A stretch of DNA of 63,144 nt, counting the filler, from Octopus bimaculoides (taxonomy: Eukaryota), in NCBI RefSeq assembly GCF_001194135.2. It is 6 parts of 6 records of this genome, joined end to end, with 100 filler letters (N's around TTAATTAATTAA, not from the genome) between each part and the next. Parts side by side here need not be neighbours in the genome. Positions count along the whole stretch, not along the records: positions 1 to 3,896 come from NC_069005.1; positions 3,997 to 16,247 come from NC_068982.1; 4 more parts are not named here. One strand, given 5' to 3'. This document shows positions 1-13,199 of this stretch, piece by piece. Numbering within the stretch: the stretch's first letter is position 1; each line of letters opens with the position of its first letter. The position numbers and the translations under genes were made by a program. Under the pieces are notes generated by a model. The model was given only the letters and a program-made list of their open reading frames with translations. It was not told where the DNA came from and ran no database searches.

Positions 1-37
1 ATATATATATATACATATATATATATACATATATACA

Positions 38-203
38 CGACGCGCTTCTTTCAGTTTCCATCTACCAAATCCACTCACAAGGCTTTGGTCGGCCCGAAGC
101 TATAATAGAAGACACTTACCCAAGGTGCCACGCAGTGGGACTGAACCCGGAACCATGTGGTTGGTAAGCTAGCTACTTACCACACAGCCACTCCTGCGCC
201 TAT
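38..203 (-). mobile_element. tRNA-headed SINE, family A, 5' portion
   Basis: Reverse complement of the head GGCGCAGGAGTGGCTGTGTGGTAAG...GGTTCAGTCCCACTGCGTGGCACCTTGGG, which recurs at 10058, 16648 and 18294. Confidence 0.85.
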
Positions 204-258
204 ATACATATATTTATGTATGTATGTATGTATGTAGCAAAATGAGAAACAGCCTTAC

Positions 259-958
259 CTTTTGAGGTTCCATTCTGATTATCAGCTGATTTGTCTGTAG
301 ACTTGGCATCACTGACTGTTGCCCTGGTTACATTATTGTCCTTATTATCAATTGTATCTGCAAACATATCCAACATGCTGTTGCTGTCCTCTGCCGATGT
401 TGTTGTCTTTCCTGTCAACATGTCACCAACGTCAGCTGATGTAGTGGAGTCTTTCTTCAGAATATAGTTCAGTTTCTCAAAGGTCATCTCGTACACCTCC
501 ATCTGACCAGTGGAGAGCATATGGTCAGCGTAACCGGTCAACTCCAACATCTTCTCTTTGTTTTCCTCTTCCAGTTGCTGCTGTTGCTGTTGAATCTTCT
601 TATTTTCTTCCCCTCCCTCTTCTGGTGACTCCTTTTCCTTCTCGTCGACCTCATTCTTTTTCCTTCCCATCTTTGTTTTCCACCTGTTGGCAGCGGAGGC
701 CTTCTGCCTGCTCTTTACCCCTCCACCCAAACGCCGTATTGCTCTCAGCACAGTCTCACCTGGTAACATCAGTTTCACCATCTTCTCGTAGATCGAATTA
801 CTTTCAACACCCCCCCCAAATTCATACTCTTCCTCCTCCTCATCATCATCGTCATCATCATCATAACTCTTCCTTGCAGACGAATTCTGTTTACTCTGAC
901 TTGTGTGTTTCACATATTGCCAGTCAATGTTGTCGATCCAGTTGTCACGTATCTCATC
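259..958 (-). CDS. CD2BP2: Internal coding exon (700 nt) of CD2 antigen cytoplasmic tail-binding protein 2 / U5 snRNP 52K / LIN1
   Basis: Acceptor ttttatttccAG at 960-959 and donor G|GTAAGG at 258. Phase-0 translation DEIRDNWIDNIDWQYVK...LMLPGETVLRAIRRLGG...LTGYADHMLSTGQMEVYEMTFEKL matches the CD2BP2 motifs IRDSWLDNIDW, LPRETVAGALRRLG and LADQMVARGNLGVYQETRERL. Other exons were not found in the window. Confidence 0.9.
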
Positions 959-1123
959 CTGGAAATAAAATTAAAGAAATTAGTTTTGACAAAAACAACA
1001 GAATCCAGGCCAAAATGTCAGGTCAGTAATAAAATGGTTGAGCATCAAACAAATCACTTCATATGATTACATCACTTTATGCTCCAGGTTCACATCTCCA
1101 TATAATCTGCCTGTCACTTACAG

Positions 1124-1387
1124 CAGGGGTTTTCAAACTGTGGTCCGCAAGGACAAGACAGCAAATACTTTTTCTGAGCAATTTGATTTTATATATGTTT
1201 TTTAATCGAAATCTTTTAATTGACAATAAACCTATTTGTTAAATACTGTTAAATAAAGAAATGTAAAAATATATGTTATTTTAAGCAAATATTTATGTAT
1301 AAATTTCATAAGCATTTATAAGGGGGTCCCTAAGGTAAAGCCTGAAATATAAAGGGGTTCGCAAGTCAAAAAGTTTGAAAACCCCTG
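1124..1387. mobile_element. hAT-type MITE with perfect 16-bp TIRs and 8-bp TSD
   Basis: CAGGGGTTTTCAAACT ... AGTTTGAAAACCCCTG, flanked on both sides by ACTTACAG (1116-1123 and 1388-1395). Confidence 0.9.
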
Positions 1388-1480
1388 ACTTACAGGATTT
1401 TGTTATAATCTGCCTGTCACTCACAGGATTTTGCTCTACTGCTTGGCATTCATGCTGGAAACTCCAATACAAACATTTCA

Positions 1481-2110
1481 GAGTGTTTGGGTATCAATCT
1501 GAGGTCATGTACCAAGAGGGATAAAAATCAAACACCCAGTCAACATCATGGCAGCGTTATACCCTCATACATCTTCTCACACTGCCTCAGACTCAACACA
1601 GAGGCCTACATCAAGTGCCTGGAGGAGGTAGTGCTGCCCTGGGTCAAGAGGGTGGCTGCGAGAAGACCCAATGTCTCGCAACAGGACTCTGTACCATGCC
1701 ACACAAGCAGGAGAACCCAATCATGGTTGTCAGACAATTTCTGCGACCACACCACACCTAACATCTGGCCACCTAACTCCCCAGACTGCAACCCCCTTGA
1801 TTATAATGTGTGGGGCACAGTTGAGCGATATACCAACAAAACTTCTTGTAACACCAAAGATGAACTGAAGGCAAGGATTATGGCAGCATTCACCAACTTA
1901 AACAAGGAAACCGTCCAGAAGAGTTGCAGGAGATTTCGAAGACCTCTGGAGGCCGTGATTGAAGCCAATGGCGATTTTATTGAATAAATTTAGTCTTTAG
2001 TATATCAAGATATTTTAATGTAATTTTGGTAAATATGTCTGTTAAAATGAGATGTCAGTGTTATTTTCATTTTTATGTAATTTAGAGAACAGCTTATTCA
2101 CTGCACCCTG
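1481..2110 (+). mobile_element. 5'-truncated Tc1/mariner transposon, DD37D (maT-like) transposase remnant
   Basis: ORF 1487-1987 contains QQDSVPCH and WPPNSPDCNPLDYNVW with 37 residues between the two Asp, and ends in ANGDFIE. The 3' end CACCCTG is followed by TA (2111-2112). Confidence 0.88.
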
Positions 2111-3040
2111 TATATACATACACACAGAGATATAGATTAATAAATGTATCATTTATTCAGTTATTCTTTGTGTATGTGTCTCTACGCATAACCACATATA
2201 TAAATATTTGGCCTCTTCAATAACTAACATTAGTTTTGTAGAAATTTGACTAAAATAATCCCCTATCCCCCAAAATTCAATTTCTTTCTAACCTTACTAT
2301 CAGTTAACTAATACAGGGACCAACTTCAATAATACCCCCTCTAACAGTTTCAATAAACTGGAATACAATTAAGGATTGTTACTTTTGTAGTGAAGTCATT
2401 TTGAGAGTTTTCAGCATGCATGCGCGGGTCGGAATCTTCTGGAAGGCCTACGGAAGTTCCCTCAAGATCATGTGCTTAAAACTTGCGGAAACAATTTCAT
2501 CGCGTTTCTCGCTAGCATCTTTGACTCGAGGCGCAGCTGTTCAACATTGCAGAGAAGTGTTTTTTAGTAGCAGTTCACCTAGGCTCTTGTCCCGGACGCA
2601 TGGGATTTGACCAGCTCTGTTTGCTGCTGGAGTTTCTGTGAAATTGTTTCTCACAAATGTTTAATCAACTCTAGTTTTGCTGTTTAATTACCAACTCATA
2701 TCTTTGAGATGTTTCAAGTTATATATTTCAATTGTTGTTGACTGTCCTAATGAACATTTTTGTTATATGTTCGTGATAGAAGTCTATTTTGAATGTACCA
2801 AAATATATACCAAACAGAAGAGTGTTATATGTGTAAGGTTCTATTGATTATTGACTAAATATGTACATAAACAATAAAAAGTATTATTATTGTTTGAACG
2901 CTTTTCTTATTCCTGAATAAATATTGATGTAAGGAAATTGTGTAGCACCCACTCAGTGCAAGAATACACAAGCCAAAAATCCTACACTACCAATTCATAC
3001 TAACACACACCATAATTTTCTATAACAATTTCTTCATTTT

Positions 3041-3272
3041 TAACCCTTTTGCATTTAAACTGGCCATATCCAGCCTAAATACTCCAATTGTTTTATATTC
3101 AAACTGGCCAAATCTAGTTTCTCACATCTAAGCAACAAACATGTCATTATAAAAATATAAACAAACACATCATCAAAATCTCAAAGCTACGAGATAATAG
3201 CATGATTAATTCAAGACAATGTGAATGAATAAGAATTACATTTGACAGAGTAATCTGAATGTTAAAGAGTCA
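3041..3272. mobile_element. piggyBac-like (TTAA-CCCTTT) MITE, degenerate
   Basis: Begins TTAACCCTTTTGCATT and ends TGAATGTTAAAGAGTCAA. A homologous copy at about 37445-37648 ends TGAATGCTAAAAGGTTAA. Confidence 0.6.
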
Positions 3273-3365
3273 AATTAGGGTCAACCCATGCATGACATTC
3301 CAGTTAGAGTCAGTTTCTCAAACATGGAAGGATGGGGGGAAGGACGGGGCAAGACAACAGGTTCT

Positions 3366-3765
3366 TTTACTCATTTACTTGTTTCAATCATTTGACTGTG
3401 GCCATGCTGAAGCATCGCCTTGAAGGGTTTTAGTTGAATAATTCGACCCCAGGGCTTATTTCTTTTTTTTTTAAAGCCTGGTACTAATTCCTTTGGTCTC
3501 TTTTGCTGAACTGCTAAGTTATTGGGGTGTAAACACACCAACACCGGTTGTCAAGCAGTGATGGGTGGGGGTGGGGGGTCACAGACACAAAGACACGAGC
3601 ATGCTCATACACACACACACATGATGGGCTTTCAGTTTCTGTCTACTAAATTCACTTTGGTTGACCTGAGGTTATTGTAGAAGACAGTTGCCCAAGATGC
3701 CATGCAGTGGGATTGAACCTGGAACCATGTGATTGGAAAGTAAACTTCTTACCACACAGCCACAG
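3366..3765 (-). mobile_element. SINE family A, near full length
   Basis: Head, internal (CA)n and 3' region homologous to the plus-strand copy at 18294-18700. Confidence 0.8.
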
Positions 3766-3896
3766 ACGTTAACTTTATCATTTTTAAATTGACTGTAGTA
3801 TATATGTTTTTAGAATATTAAGTAATAATAGTTGAACATTATACATACATATATATATATATGTAAATATATAAAAACAAAAAGATAAAGAGAGCA

Positions 3897-3996
3897 NNNN
3901 NNNNNNNNNNNNNNNNNNNNNNNNNNNNNNNNNNNNNNNNTTAATTAATTAANNNNNNNNNNNNNNNNNNNNNNNNNNNNNNNNNNNNNNNNNNNN
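3897..3996. other. Artificial scaffolding spacer (44 N + TTAATTAATTAA + 44 N)
   Basis: Identical 100-bp structure at 16248-16347, 28607-28706, 34056-34155 and 57709-57808. TTAATTAATTAA gives stops in all six frames. Confidence 0.95.
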
Positions 3997-4054
<58 letters not shown>

Positions 4055-4077
4055 AAGTTGACGCAACGGTGACAACC

Positions 4078-4130
<53 letters not shown>

Positions 4131-4282
4131 GATGATGATAGTAGTAGTCGTAAGAAAGACGGGGAAGTTTACTAATTGTAGCGGTTGCGTCGATAGTGGT
4201 GGTAAAAAAAATCAGTAGCATTTGCGATATATCTAGTTGTGACAGCAGTATCAATAGCGGTAGAAGTAGTAGTAATTATAGC

Positions 4283-4328
<46 letters not shown>

Positions 4329-4363
4329 ATAGAGATTTTGCTTGTGGTAGTTGTGGATATAAT

Positions 4364-4453
<90 letters not shown>

Positions 4454-4926
4454 TGCTGTTGTTGTTGTTATGGTGGCTACGGTGGTGGTGGTGTTGGTGG
4501 TTCGGCCAAAGAACAGAGGAGCAGAAGGGGAAGAAGGGGAGCAGGAGGAGAGGAAGGGGTAGGAGGTAAAGTTAAGAATGTCTGTGAATTGTGGCGCCAT
4601 GCCAGGTATTAATTCAAAGTAGGAGTGTTAGGCAAAACTAACCGAATTACTGACTCGCTTGGTGCTGACTTAATTTCTTCAATTAAGGCATCTAGTTCTA
4701 TTAATTGCTAATTATCATAATAATGAGAGGCTGGCTGGGGTGGTAGCAGCCATGGTGGTGGTGGTAGTGGTGGGGCAGTGGTAATGGCGGGTGTTGTGGC
4801 TAGAGGTGGAGACGGTTGTGAGAGGCGGTGATGAGGTGGTGGGAGGTGGTAGGAGGTGGTGAGAGCTGTTCGTAATAATGCGTAGCTGGTGTTGGTGGGG
4901 ATGTTGTAATGACGGAAGTGGTGGTA

Positions 4927-4974
<48 letters not shown>

Positions 4975-5460
4975 GTGGTGGTAGTAGTGATGATGATGAT
5001 AATGATGATGATGGGGTGGTGATGGTGGTGGTGGTGGTAGTGGTGGTGGTAGTGGTGGTGGTAGTGATAGTTTAAGTGGTAACAGGAGAGTACAGGTATC
5101 GGTTGTAGTAGCCTTGATGACAATGATGGTGGTGGTGGTGGTGATGGTGCCAATGCTGGCGGTAATGGTGATGCTATTGCGCTGGTGGTGACGATGGTTG
5201 TGGTGGTGATGTTGGTGAGTGTGATGGTGGTGGTGGTGATGATGTAACAGATGGCACTGGTGGTGGTGGTGGTTGGTGGTGATGGTGGGAGTGGTGTGAT
5301 AATAGCGATAGAGGTGGTAGTGATGATGATGATGGTGGGCTGGTGCAAGTGGTGGCGGTGATGGTGATGTTCTTGTGCTGGTTATGGTGGTAATGGTGGT
5401 GGTGGTCTGATGGTTGCATGGGTAACGATGATATCTGCGACTGCGACGGCAGTGACATTA
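3997..5460. repeat. Compound microsatellite field: (AG)n, (GTA)n, (GCA)n, (GAT)n, (GGT)n
   Basis: Read directly. It accounts for all the poly-T/S/V/H/D ORFs in the ORF track between 4172 and 5458. Confidence 0.95.
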
Positions 5461-5755
5461 GCGTTGAAGAATGGAAATGGTTGAGACGTGTTTGTAACGT
5501 GATTACTCACAGCACAACAGCAAACAAGAAAGCCTCGAGGTAATCTCCCGTTAAACTAGAAATAGCTGCTAAGTCTCCATCAAATCGCAGCCAACCGTCT
5601 TAAGGACAATGGGATTTCGGGACAATGGGATCTTGGGAGCATATCGGAAAAACTGCAAGATGATACGGCTAGAAGAACTTGGATCACGAATCTGTTCGAC
5701 TAAGACTGATCTACGATCAACGAACGACAATAACGAAAACTGCAGCAACGACAGC

Positions 5756-5786
<31 letters not shown>

Positions 5787-6439
5787 GTACCGAAAACATT
5801 GATAGCAACAACAACAGCGACACAAGAGAAACAAAATGCAGCAGAAATAACCGATGATCAGAAGAATTTTCGGTCTGTAGACGAAGAGTCAACCGTTCAT
5901 ATCCTGGCAATGCCACAGGAACTGAGCTATATCTATGATGAAGATATGTACTGCTGTTTAATCTCGAGTGAGCACCGATTTTAGCAATTCCTGCAACCGT
6001 CTTGTATATATGTGTAACTACGTCGCCTGATGTGTCGTTTCCGTATTTAAGATGATGCAATGCAACATGAGGGAAGTTTTAGCTACTATTTCCTCTGAAT
6101 CACGAATGACCATTATTGACGTCGACAATCCTTTATTGACGTCGACAATCTCTTCTGTGTCGGAACTTCAGGGTTCCATAATTCACTAACTACGGAAGTC
6201 GTATATTTCATACTATTATTGTTGTTTAACCTAATATCAACTCTGATTGAGCACCCTACTATCAAAGACGTTCCAACCATGACCAGTTTGTATCTTGGGC
6301 CTTCAGTATCTAGAACAACAAAGTGTCCTTCTGTTTTTGCGACTTTTACGGCTATGATTTAAGGGGATGTAGCTATTTCTAGTTTTTCCCTCTTTATCGT
6401 TCTTTACTTTACCCTATCTCTTCCTTCTCTCCCTTACTT

Positions 6440-6620
6440 TCCCTTCCACTCTGTCTGTCTATCTATTTATCTATCTATCTATCGATCGATCTATCTGTCT
6501 ATCTATCTATCTATCTATCTATCTCTTCTCACTCTTTAATTCTCTTTCGCAATTTCCTTCCATTCATACCACTTTCGTAATTCGTTCTTCCCCGACCTCT
6601 TCCAAACGCTCAGTCTCTCC

Positions 6621-6692
<72 letters not shown>
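6440..6692. repeat. (TCTA)n and long (CT)n microsatellites
   Basis: Read directly. Confidence 0.9.
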
Positions 6693-6695
<3 letters not shown>

Positions 6696-6971
6696 ACACT
6701 CAATCTCTCTTTCTACGTCTTTCAATCCGTCTCTGTTCTCACCCTTCCATTCTCTCCATTCTCTACCTCCCCCCTTTCCTCACTTTCTTTCGTTCCCATT
6801 CAGCCACCACACAACCCCCCCTTCCCCTACACATTGCTTTCACTATCCTACACTGACCTTTAAGCTATCCTCCACTCAAAAATCACCTTCACACCCATTC
6901 CTTTACATCCATATTTTTTTTCCTACTTCATTATACTTATATACGCTTCACATAAACACGCATACAGACCC

Positions 6972-7004
<33 letters not shown>

Positions 7005-7223
7005 TATATCTATATATATCCATCCATACACACACATACACAGACACACATATATATATATATATGCATATTTACATGCATATGTATACATACACGCACA
7101 CATACACACATTACTTATATGAATATATATATGTATATAGACATGTAAGTATGCACATATACACATGTACACAACATATATGTACATACACACACACATA
7201 TATATATGTATATATACATGTTA

Positions 7224-7265
<42 letters not shown>

Positions 7266-8496
7266 NNNNNNNNNNNNNNNNNNNNNNNNNNNNNNNNNNN
7301 NNNNNNNNNNNNNNNNNNNNNNNNNNNNNNNNNNNNNNNNNNNNNNNNNNNNNNNNNNNNNNNNNNNNNNNNNNNNNNNNNNNNNNNNNNNNNNNNNNNN
7401 NNNNNNNNNNNNNNNNNNNNNNNNNNNNNNNNNNNNNNNNNNNNNNNNNNNNNNNNNNNNNNNNNNNNNNNNNNNNNNNNNNNNNNNNNNNNNNNNNNNN
7501 NNNNNNNNNNNNNNNNNNNNNNNNNNNNNNNNNNNNNNNNNNNNNNNNNNNNNNNNNNNNNNNNNNNNNNNNNNNNNNNNNNNNNNNNNNNNNNNNNNNN
7601 NNNNNNNNNNNNNNNNNNNNNNNNNNNNNNNNNNNNNNNNNNNNNNNNNNNNNNNNNNNNNNNNNNNNNNNNNNNNNNNNNNNNNNNNNNNNNNNNNNNN
7701 NNNNNNNNNNNNNNNNNNNNNNNNNNNNNNNNNNNNNNNNNNNNNNNNNNNNNNNNNNNNNNNNNNNNNNNNNNNNNNNNNNNNNNNNNNNNNNNNNNNN
7801 NNNNNNNNNNNNNNNNNNNNNNNNNNNNNNNNNNNNNNNNNNNNNNNNNNNNNNNNNNNNNNNNNNNNNNNNNNNNNNNNNNNNNNNNNNNNNNNNNNNN
7901 NNNNNNNNNNNNNNNNNNNNNNNNNNNNNNNNNNNNNNNNNNNNNNNNNNNNNNNNNNNNNNNNNNNNNNNNNNNNNNNNNNNNNNNNNNNNNNNNNNNN
8001 NNNNNNNNNNNNNNNNNNNNNNNNNNNNNNNNNNNNNNNNNNNNNNNNNNNNNNNNNNNNNNNNNNNNNTATATATATATATATATTTATTTTTTATTTT
8101 ATTTATTTATGTGTTTCAGCCAAGTGGCTGCGGTCATGCTGGTGCACCAATATGAATGTATTTATGTATATATATATATGGAATATATATATACCCACAT
8201 ATACATCATAAGGCGTATAACTAGAGTACAAGAGTACTCGGTGCATATTGTAGGATGGATGTATTTATTCAGTTGAAACTAGATATTTTCTTTGCTCTTA
8301 CTCAGAGTTCCGTTGAACACTCGTCTGACAAATATTCTTGATGCTTCAGTTGTTTTACCACACGCACGCACGCACACAGATACACACATACACACTCATG
8401 TGCACACACACACACACACACACATCTGTGTGTAATCAATAATTAACGAAAAGTGTACTCAATACAAAACCTCGAGTTTAAGAAATATATTCTTTT

Positions 8497-8673
8497 CTAT
8501 TCTAGGCACAAGTCCCGAAATTTTTGGTGAGGGGACCAGTCGATTAGATCGATCCCAGTACACAGGATGAAAGACACAGTCGACCTCGGCGGAATTTGAA
8601 CTTAGAACGTAAAGACAGACGAAATACCGCTAAGAATTTCGCCCGGCGTGCTAATGTTTCTGCCAGTTCGCCG
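8497..8673 (-). mobile_element. SINE family B (short, tRNA-like head)
   Basis: Reverse complement of the GGCGAGCTGGCAGAA..GTTAGCACGCCGGGCGAAAT...GAGGTCGAC family that is tandemly arrayed at 44963-46050. Confidence 0.75.
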
Positions 8674-8930
8674 AGGAAAGATATCAGGTATCATTGTCGA
8701 CCCTCTGCAAATAGGCATTCCTCTAGACGGCAGCCATAGTGGAACAAAACAATAAGAAATGGAAGTGCGCGTTGGCGATAGAACACTCCCTTTGCATTGG
8801 TTGAATGGATCTCACGTTGTTAACATGCTAAATCTAGCGTGCCTCAGAAAAAGAAAAATTGTAATACAGATTACGATCAAAGGGAAGTAAATTATGTAAA
8901 TCTCCCCCCTCTCTCTCCTGCTCTCATACA

Positions 8931-9003
<73 letters not shown>

Positions 9004-9031
9004 GGTATGCATGTATGTGTGTATATGTGTG

Positions 9032-9066
<35 letters not shown>

Positions 9067-9814
9067 ATACATACATGCATATATACAGACGCACACAACA
9101 CATATACAAGAACTTGCCTACATGCGTCCATACTTCCATTTACACTTATATACAATCGAGTGTTACAAAGTCTGGCTTTAAACAACCCTCGAATTGTTTT
9201 TGCATTCCAACTGATAAAACGGTATCCAACCATTGATACCCTTAAGCCAGTTCATTTTGTCCAGTGAACTTATTTTTGGCAATGCAGTTACGCAAAGCCA
9301 TGCTTGAGGAATGAATGTATGAAACTGCAAAAGTAACACTTAATCTCATATTATGGAATCTGTAATTGAAACTAAAATTTGATTAGTCGCGTCCTCCATT
9401 AACAGCTGGAATCGATAGAAATATTCAGCGACACTTAACATTCGAATGGTGCTGCTTTTAGTGCCCCTTCTATTAAACCTACCATGTAGGTTTCCATAAA
9501 GCCAAAGCTCAACTATGGCGGCAAGTCTGTTTCTGGTAACTAAACAAATAGTCTCGTCATCTTAGCCTTCATATTTGCGTCACCTTTTAAAGAATCATTA
9601 CAGTTTGAATTATTCAATACAGATCCTGGAATTTAATTCTGTGACGTGTTAGTTCAATAGTATGCCGCATTCTGTATCGCATGACATTACGCTACAAACT
9701 TGTGTCAAAATGCAGAAGATTAATTAAAAGAAGGAATAAAATTGAAACTCTTTGCTTGTTGACAGAAATTATTAACCATCGCAAGCTAGATACATATATT
9801 TGTTCTTTTCTTTT

Positions 9815-10535
9815 ATTCTGTTACTCTAGTCACGTGACTGCGGCCATGCTGAAGCATCATGTCAAAGGCTTTAATCGAGCAAATCGACTCCAGGACTTAT
9901 TTTTTAAGCCTAAAAGTTATTCTATCGGTCTCTTTTGCCGAACCGATAAGAGTTACTGGGATGTAAACACACCAGCACCGGTTGTCAAGTAGTAATGGTA
10001 GGACAAATACAGACACAAAGACACACACATGCACACATATATATTTATATATATACAGGCGTAGGAGTGGGTGTGTGGTAAGTAGCTTGCTTACGAACCA
10101 CATGATTCCGGGTTCAGTTCCACTGCGTGGCACCTTGGGCAAGTATCTTCTACTATAGCCTCGGGCAGACCAAAGCCTTGTGAGTGGATTTGATAGACGG
10201 AAACTGAAAGAAGCCCGTCGTATATATATNNNNNNNNNNTAAAAACATGTAACATTAATAAATATCTCAGATCTCTGAGTACCTTATTATTTTTCCTACC
10301 ATATATATATGTATGTATGTATGTGTGTGTATATGTTTGTGTGTCTGTGTTTGTCCCCCAACATCGCTTGACAACCGATGCTGGTGTTTTTACGTCCCCA
10401 TATCTTAGCGGTTCAGCAAAAGAGACCGATAGAATAAGTACTAGGCTTACAAAGAATATGTCCTGGGGTTGACTTGCACGACTAAAGGCGGTACTCCAGC
10501 ATGGCCACAGTCAAATGACTGAAACAAGTAAATGA
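9815..10535. mobile_element. Two SINE family A copies back to back (minus 3' part about 9815-10025; plus copy 10058-10535, interrupted by a 10-N gap)
   Basis: Homology to 18294-18700 on both strands. Confidence 0.75.
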
Positions 10536-10659
10536 GTAAAGATAATATATATATTGATGAATCTATTAGAGTAGATGCAAGCGCTTTATATGATTTATAA
10601 AAACATGTAACATTAATAAATATCTCAGATCTCTGAGTACCTTATTATTTTTCCTACCA

Positions 10660-10697
<38 letters not shown>

Positions 10698-11119
10698 GTA
10701 GATATCTTCTATCTTGGGCAAGTGTCTTCATTAGACTGCGGCCATGCTGTACTTATTTTTTAAAGTCTGCTACGGATTTCATCGGTCTCTCTTGCTAAGA
10801 CTTATACATACCAGTACCGGTTGTTAAGGGTGGTGGAAGAGAAGCAGAAAGATATACACACGCACGTCCACATGTGTGTGAGTGCATTCGTCGAGTTTCT
10901 TACACATTTTGCTTGCTTCTTATACACCTACGTGCATTTTTAGCCCTGTACGTCTACACGAGACACATTTTCAAGATTAATACTGTATATATATATGTAT
11001 GTATATATATATGGGTGCGTGGTAAAAATGTTGCTTCCTAACCACATGGATCTGTTTTAATCTCACAGTATGGCACTGTATTTTAGCCAGCGGAAGACCA
11101 AACCTAATGCTATACACAC

Positions 11120-11154
<35 letters not shown>

Positions 11155-11230
11155 TCATGTGTGTGTAGCATTCTGTATATTATACTATATATATAGAGAT
11201 AAATATAGATATATATACGTACACACACAC

Positions 11231-11268
<38 letters not shown>

Positions 11269-12111
11269 GCATACACACACACACATATATATATATAGTC
11301 AATTCAAAAAAACACAGAGAACAAGAAAAAACAAACGTGTGGACGTGGCACAAGCAATGCATTAAGATGCTCAGAGAAGGAATAGCGTTGAGGTTTTGTT
11401 TGTATACATACACACACTTATGTACTACACCCCCACCCCCCACATACAACAACAGTGAGCTATGAGAAATAAATCAGAGAGGCCAGTGACTTGCGTATGA
11501 AAAGCATAGTCAACTACAGGTTCACGAAATACCTTATAAATTAAATTTATGATTTCTCCGCTTCTTCTGAGCTGGTCATAATCCCCGTTTGGTAGTTTTG
11601 ACTTATTCTCTTGAGGTGAAAATAATTTTTATAAATTGAAACTTTATGTTGTATGATATTCGGTATACCTGTATTTGCCGATACGTGTGCGCGCGCACGT
11701 GTGTCTATGTGTGTGTGTATGTGTGTGTGTCTGCACAGTACACACATAAGCACATACTTACATGCATACCTCCATACATATATACATACATATACATATA
11801 TGTGTGTGCGTGTGTATGACAGTGTAACTGTCTCTATTTGTGTTGTATCTCATTGGCTGTATAAAAAAGCGATCGATGAAAAAAATACCAGACAAACTGG
11901 AGTGAAATATGAATTGAAGTGAATACGATCAACTATTTATACGAAGGAGATATCGCCACATGGCCGTAGTCTAATGTTCTCGAACCTAGTGCCTTGAATA
12001 TTTTGTACACGAATTCAAATGCAGCTGCCAGAGGAAAAGAATGCATAAAAGAATCACTGAACTATCTTTCCTTGTGAGTAGAAAGACGGCTTATACTCTC
12101 ATCGTTATATA

Positions 12112-12311
12112 CGAGGGATGCTGAAAAGTTTTTCGCTTTAAGGGTATCACGAAAGGCCTGGTTGGAGGCCCAACCTTCCGAGTTCTTCTCAAGGAGGGAT
12201 TTCAAAAACTGAAGGACTGCTGTGTGAATCTGTGAGGATGAATATGTTGAATAACTGATCCTCCTGTATTTTCTTTTACCCAAAAGCCAAGAACTTTTCA
12301 GCACTCCCTCG
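12112..12311. mobile_element. mariner-derived MITE (200 bp), TA flanks
   Basis: TIRs CGAGGGATGCTGAAAAGTT and AACTTTTCAGCACTCCCTCG with TA on each side. The interior resembles the mariner transposase C-terminus. Confidence 0.8.
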
Positions 12312-12759
12312 TATAAACCAGTCACTACAGCACAAATTTGGTTCACATGTTCAAAGAAATTGTTTCTTGTTAAAGCGTATTGAATGAAATGGTGGATGTA
12401 TGGTATAGCATTGTCTTCTACACTGCATCGTGAGAAGATGTAATGTATGGCGTCGGTTAAATCAATCTTCCAAATTTATATTTTACGGCAACAACATTTT
12501 GATAATGATTTTATTAATAAATATATTTTAGAAATATGCATTTATTATGGTTGTGATGCTAAAGTAAATGATTCTTAAGAAATAATTATATGTTTGCTCA
12601 GGATTACATAAATATAGAGAGGGCGCTTTGGAGCAATTAGCCAAAGCTTAGTACATGTTACTCGATCGTGAGTGACGCTTGCTTTACTGTACATATATGT
12701 ATGTTCTATTTTTAACTGTTTTGAATTCTTACTTTGAAGAAAGAGCTGGTTTTTAACTA

Positions 12760-12950
12760 AGCAAAGCTCCATCAATGGAATGTAAATAAGAAGTTGTCCT
12801 CTTTCCCTTTGAATTTCAAAGAGATATTCACATAAGCAGGACAGCTGACCTCTATGACTTTACATGCTTTTTCTTGTCTGTACCAAACAACAATACCTGG
12901 CCTGATATTTTCATGAGAATGTTCCAGCAGTATTCCTTGTGCTGATGTTT
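12760..12950 (-). mobile_element. R4/Dong-clade non-LTR retrotransposon fragment, restriction-like endonuclease
   Basis: Translates to HENIRPGIVVWYRQEKACKVIEVSCPAYVNISLKFKGKEDN, fitting the HNRPD-IVV-W...IEVSCP REL motif. Confidence 0.75.
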
Positions 12951-13199
12951 GTATATGTATTGAATAACAGAACGAGCAGGCTGTTTCGTTGATTGGATCA
13001 ACTGGAATGCTTGTCGTCATGACCGACGGAGTACCTCTTAATACACACACGTACATAAATATTATGCTACCATAATATATGCATATACGCATGCATACAT
13101 GAATGAATACATACATGCGTGTGTACGCATGCACATACATACATACATAAATACATACATACAAACATACATATATGTATACATGCATGCATGAGATCA

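Noticed and set aside
625-1029. 134-aa plus-strand ORF
   Set aside because: Antisense shadow of the CD2BP2 exon.
4172-5458. Poly-Thr/Ser/Val/His/Asp ORFs that look like mucins or His-rich proteins
   Set aside because: All are translations of trinucleotide microsatellites, open in several frames on both strands, with no splice context or unique sequence.
10240-10690. About 80-bp direct repeats (10240-10323 and about 10598-10680) flanking a SINE 3' half, resembling LTRs or a long TSD
   Set aside because: The first copy starts exactly at a 10-N gap and splits one SINE in two, so it is most likely a gap-filling artefact.
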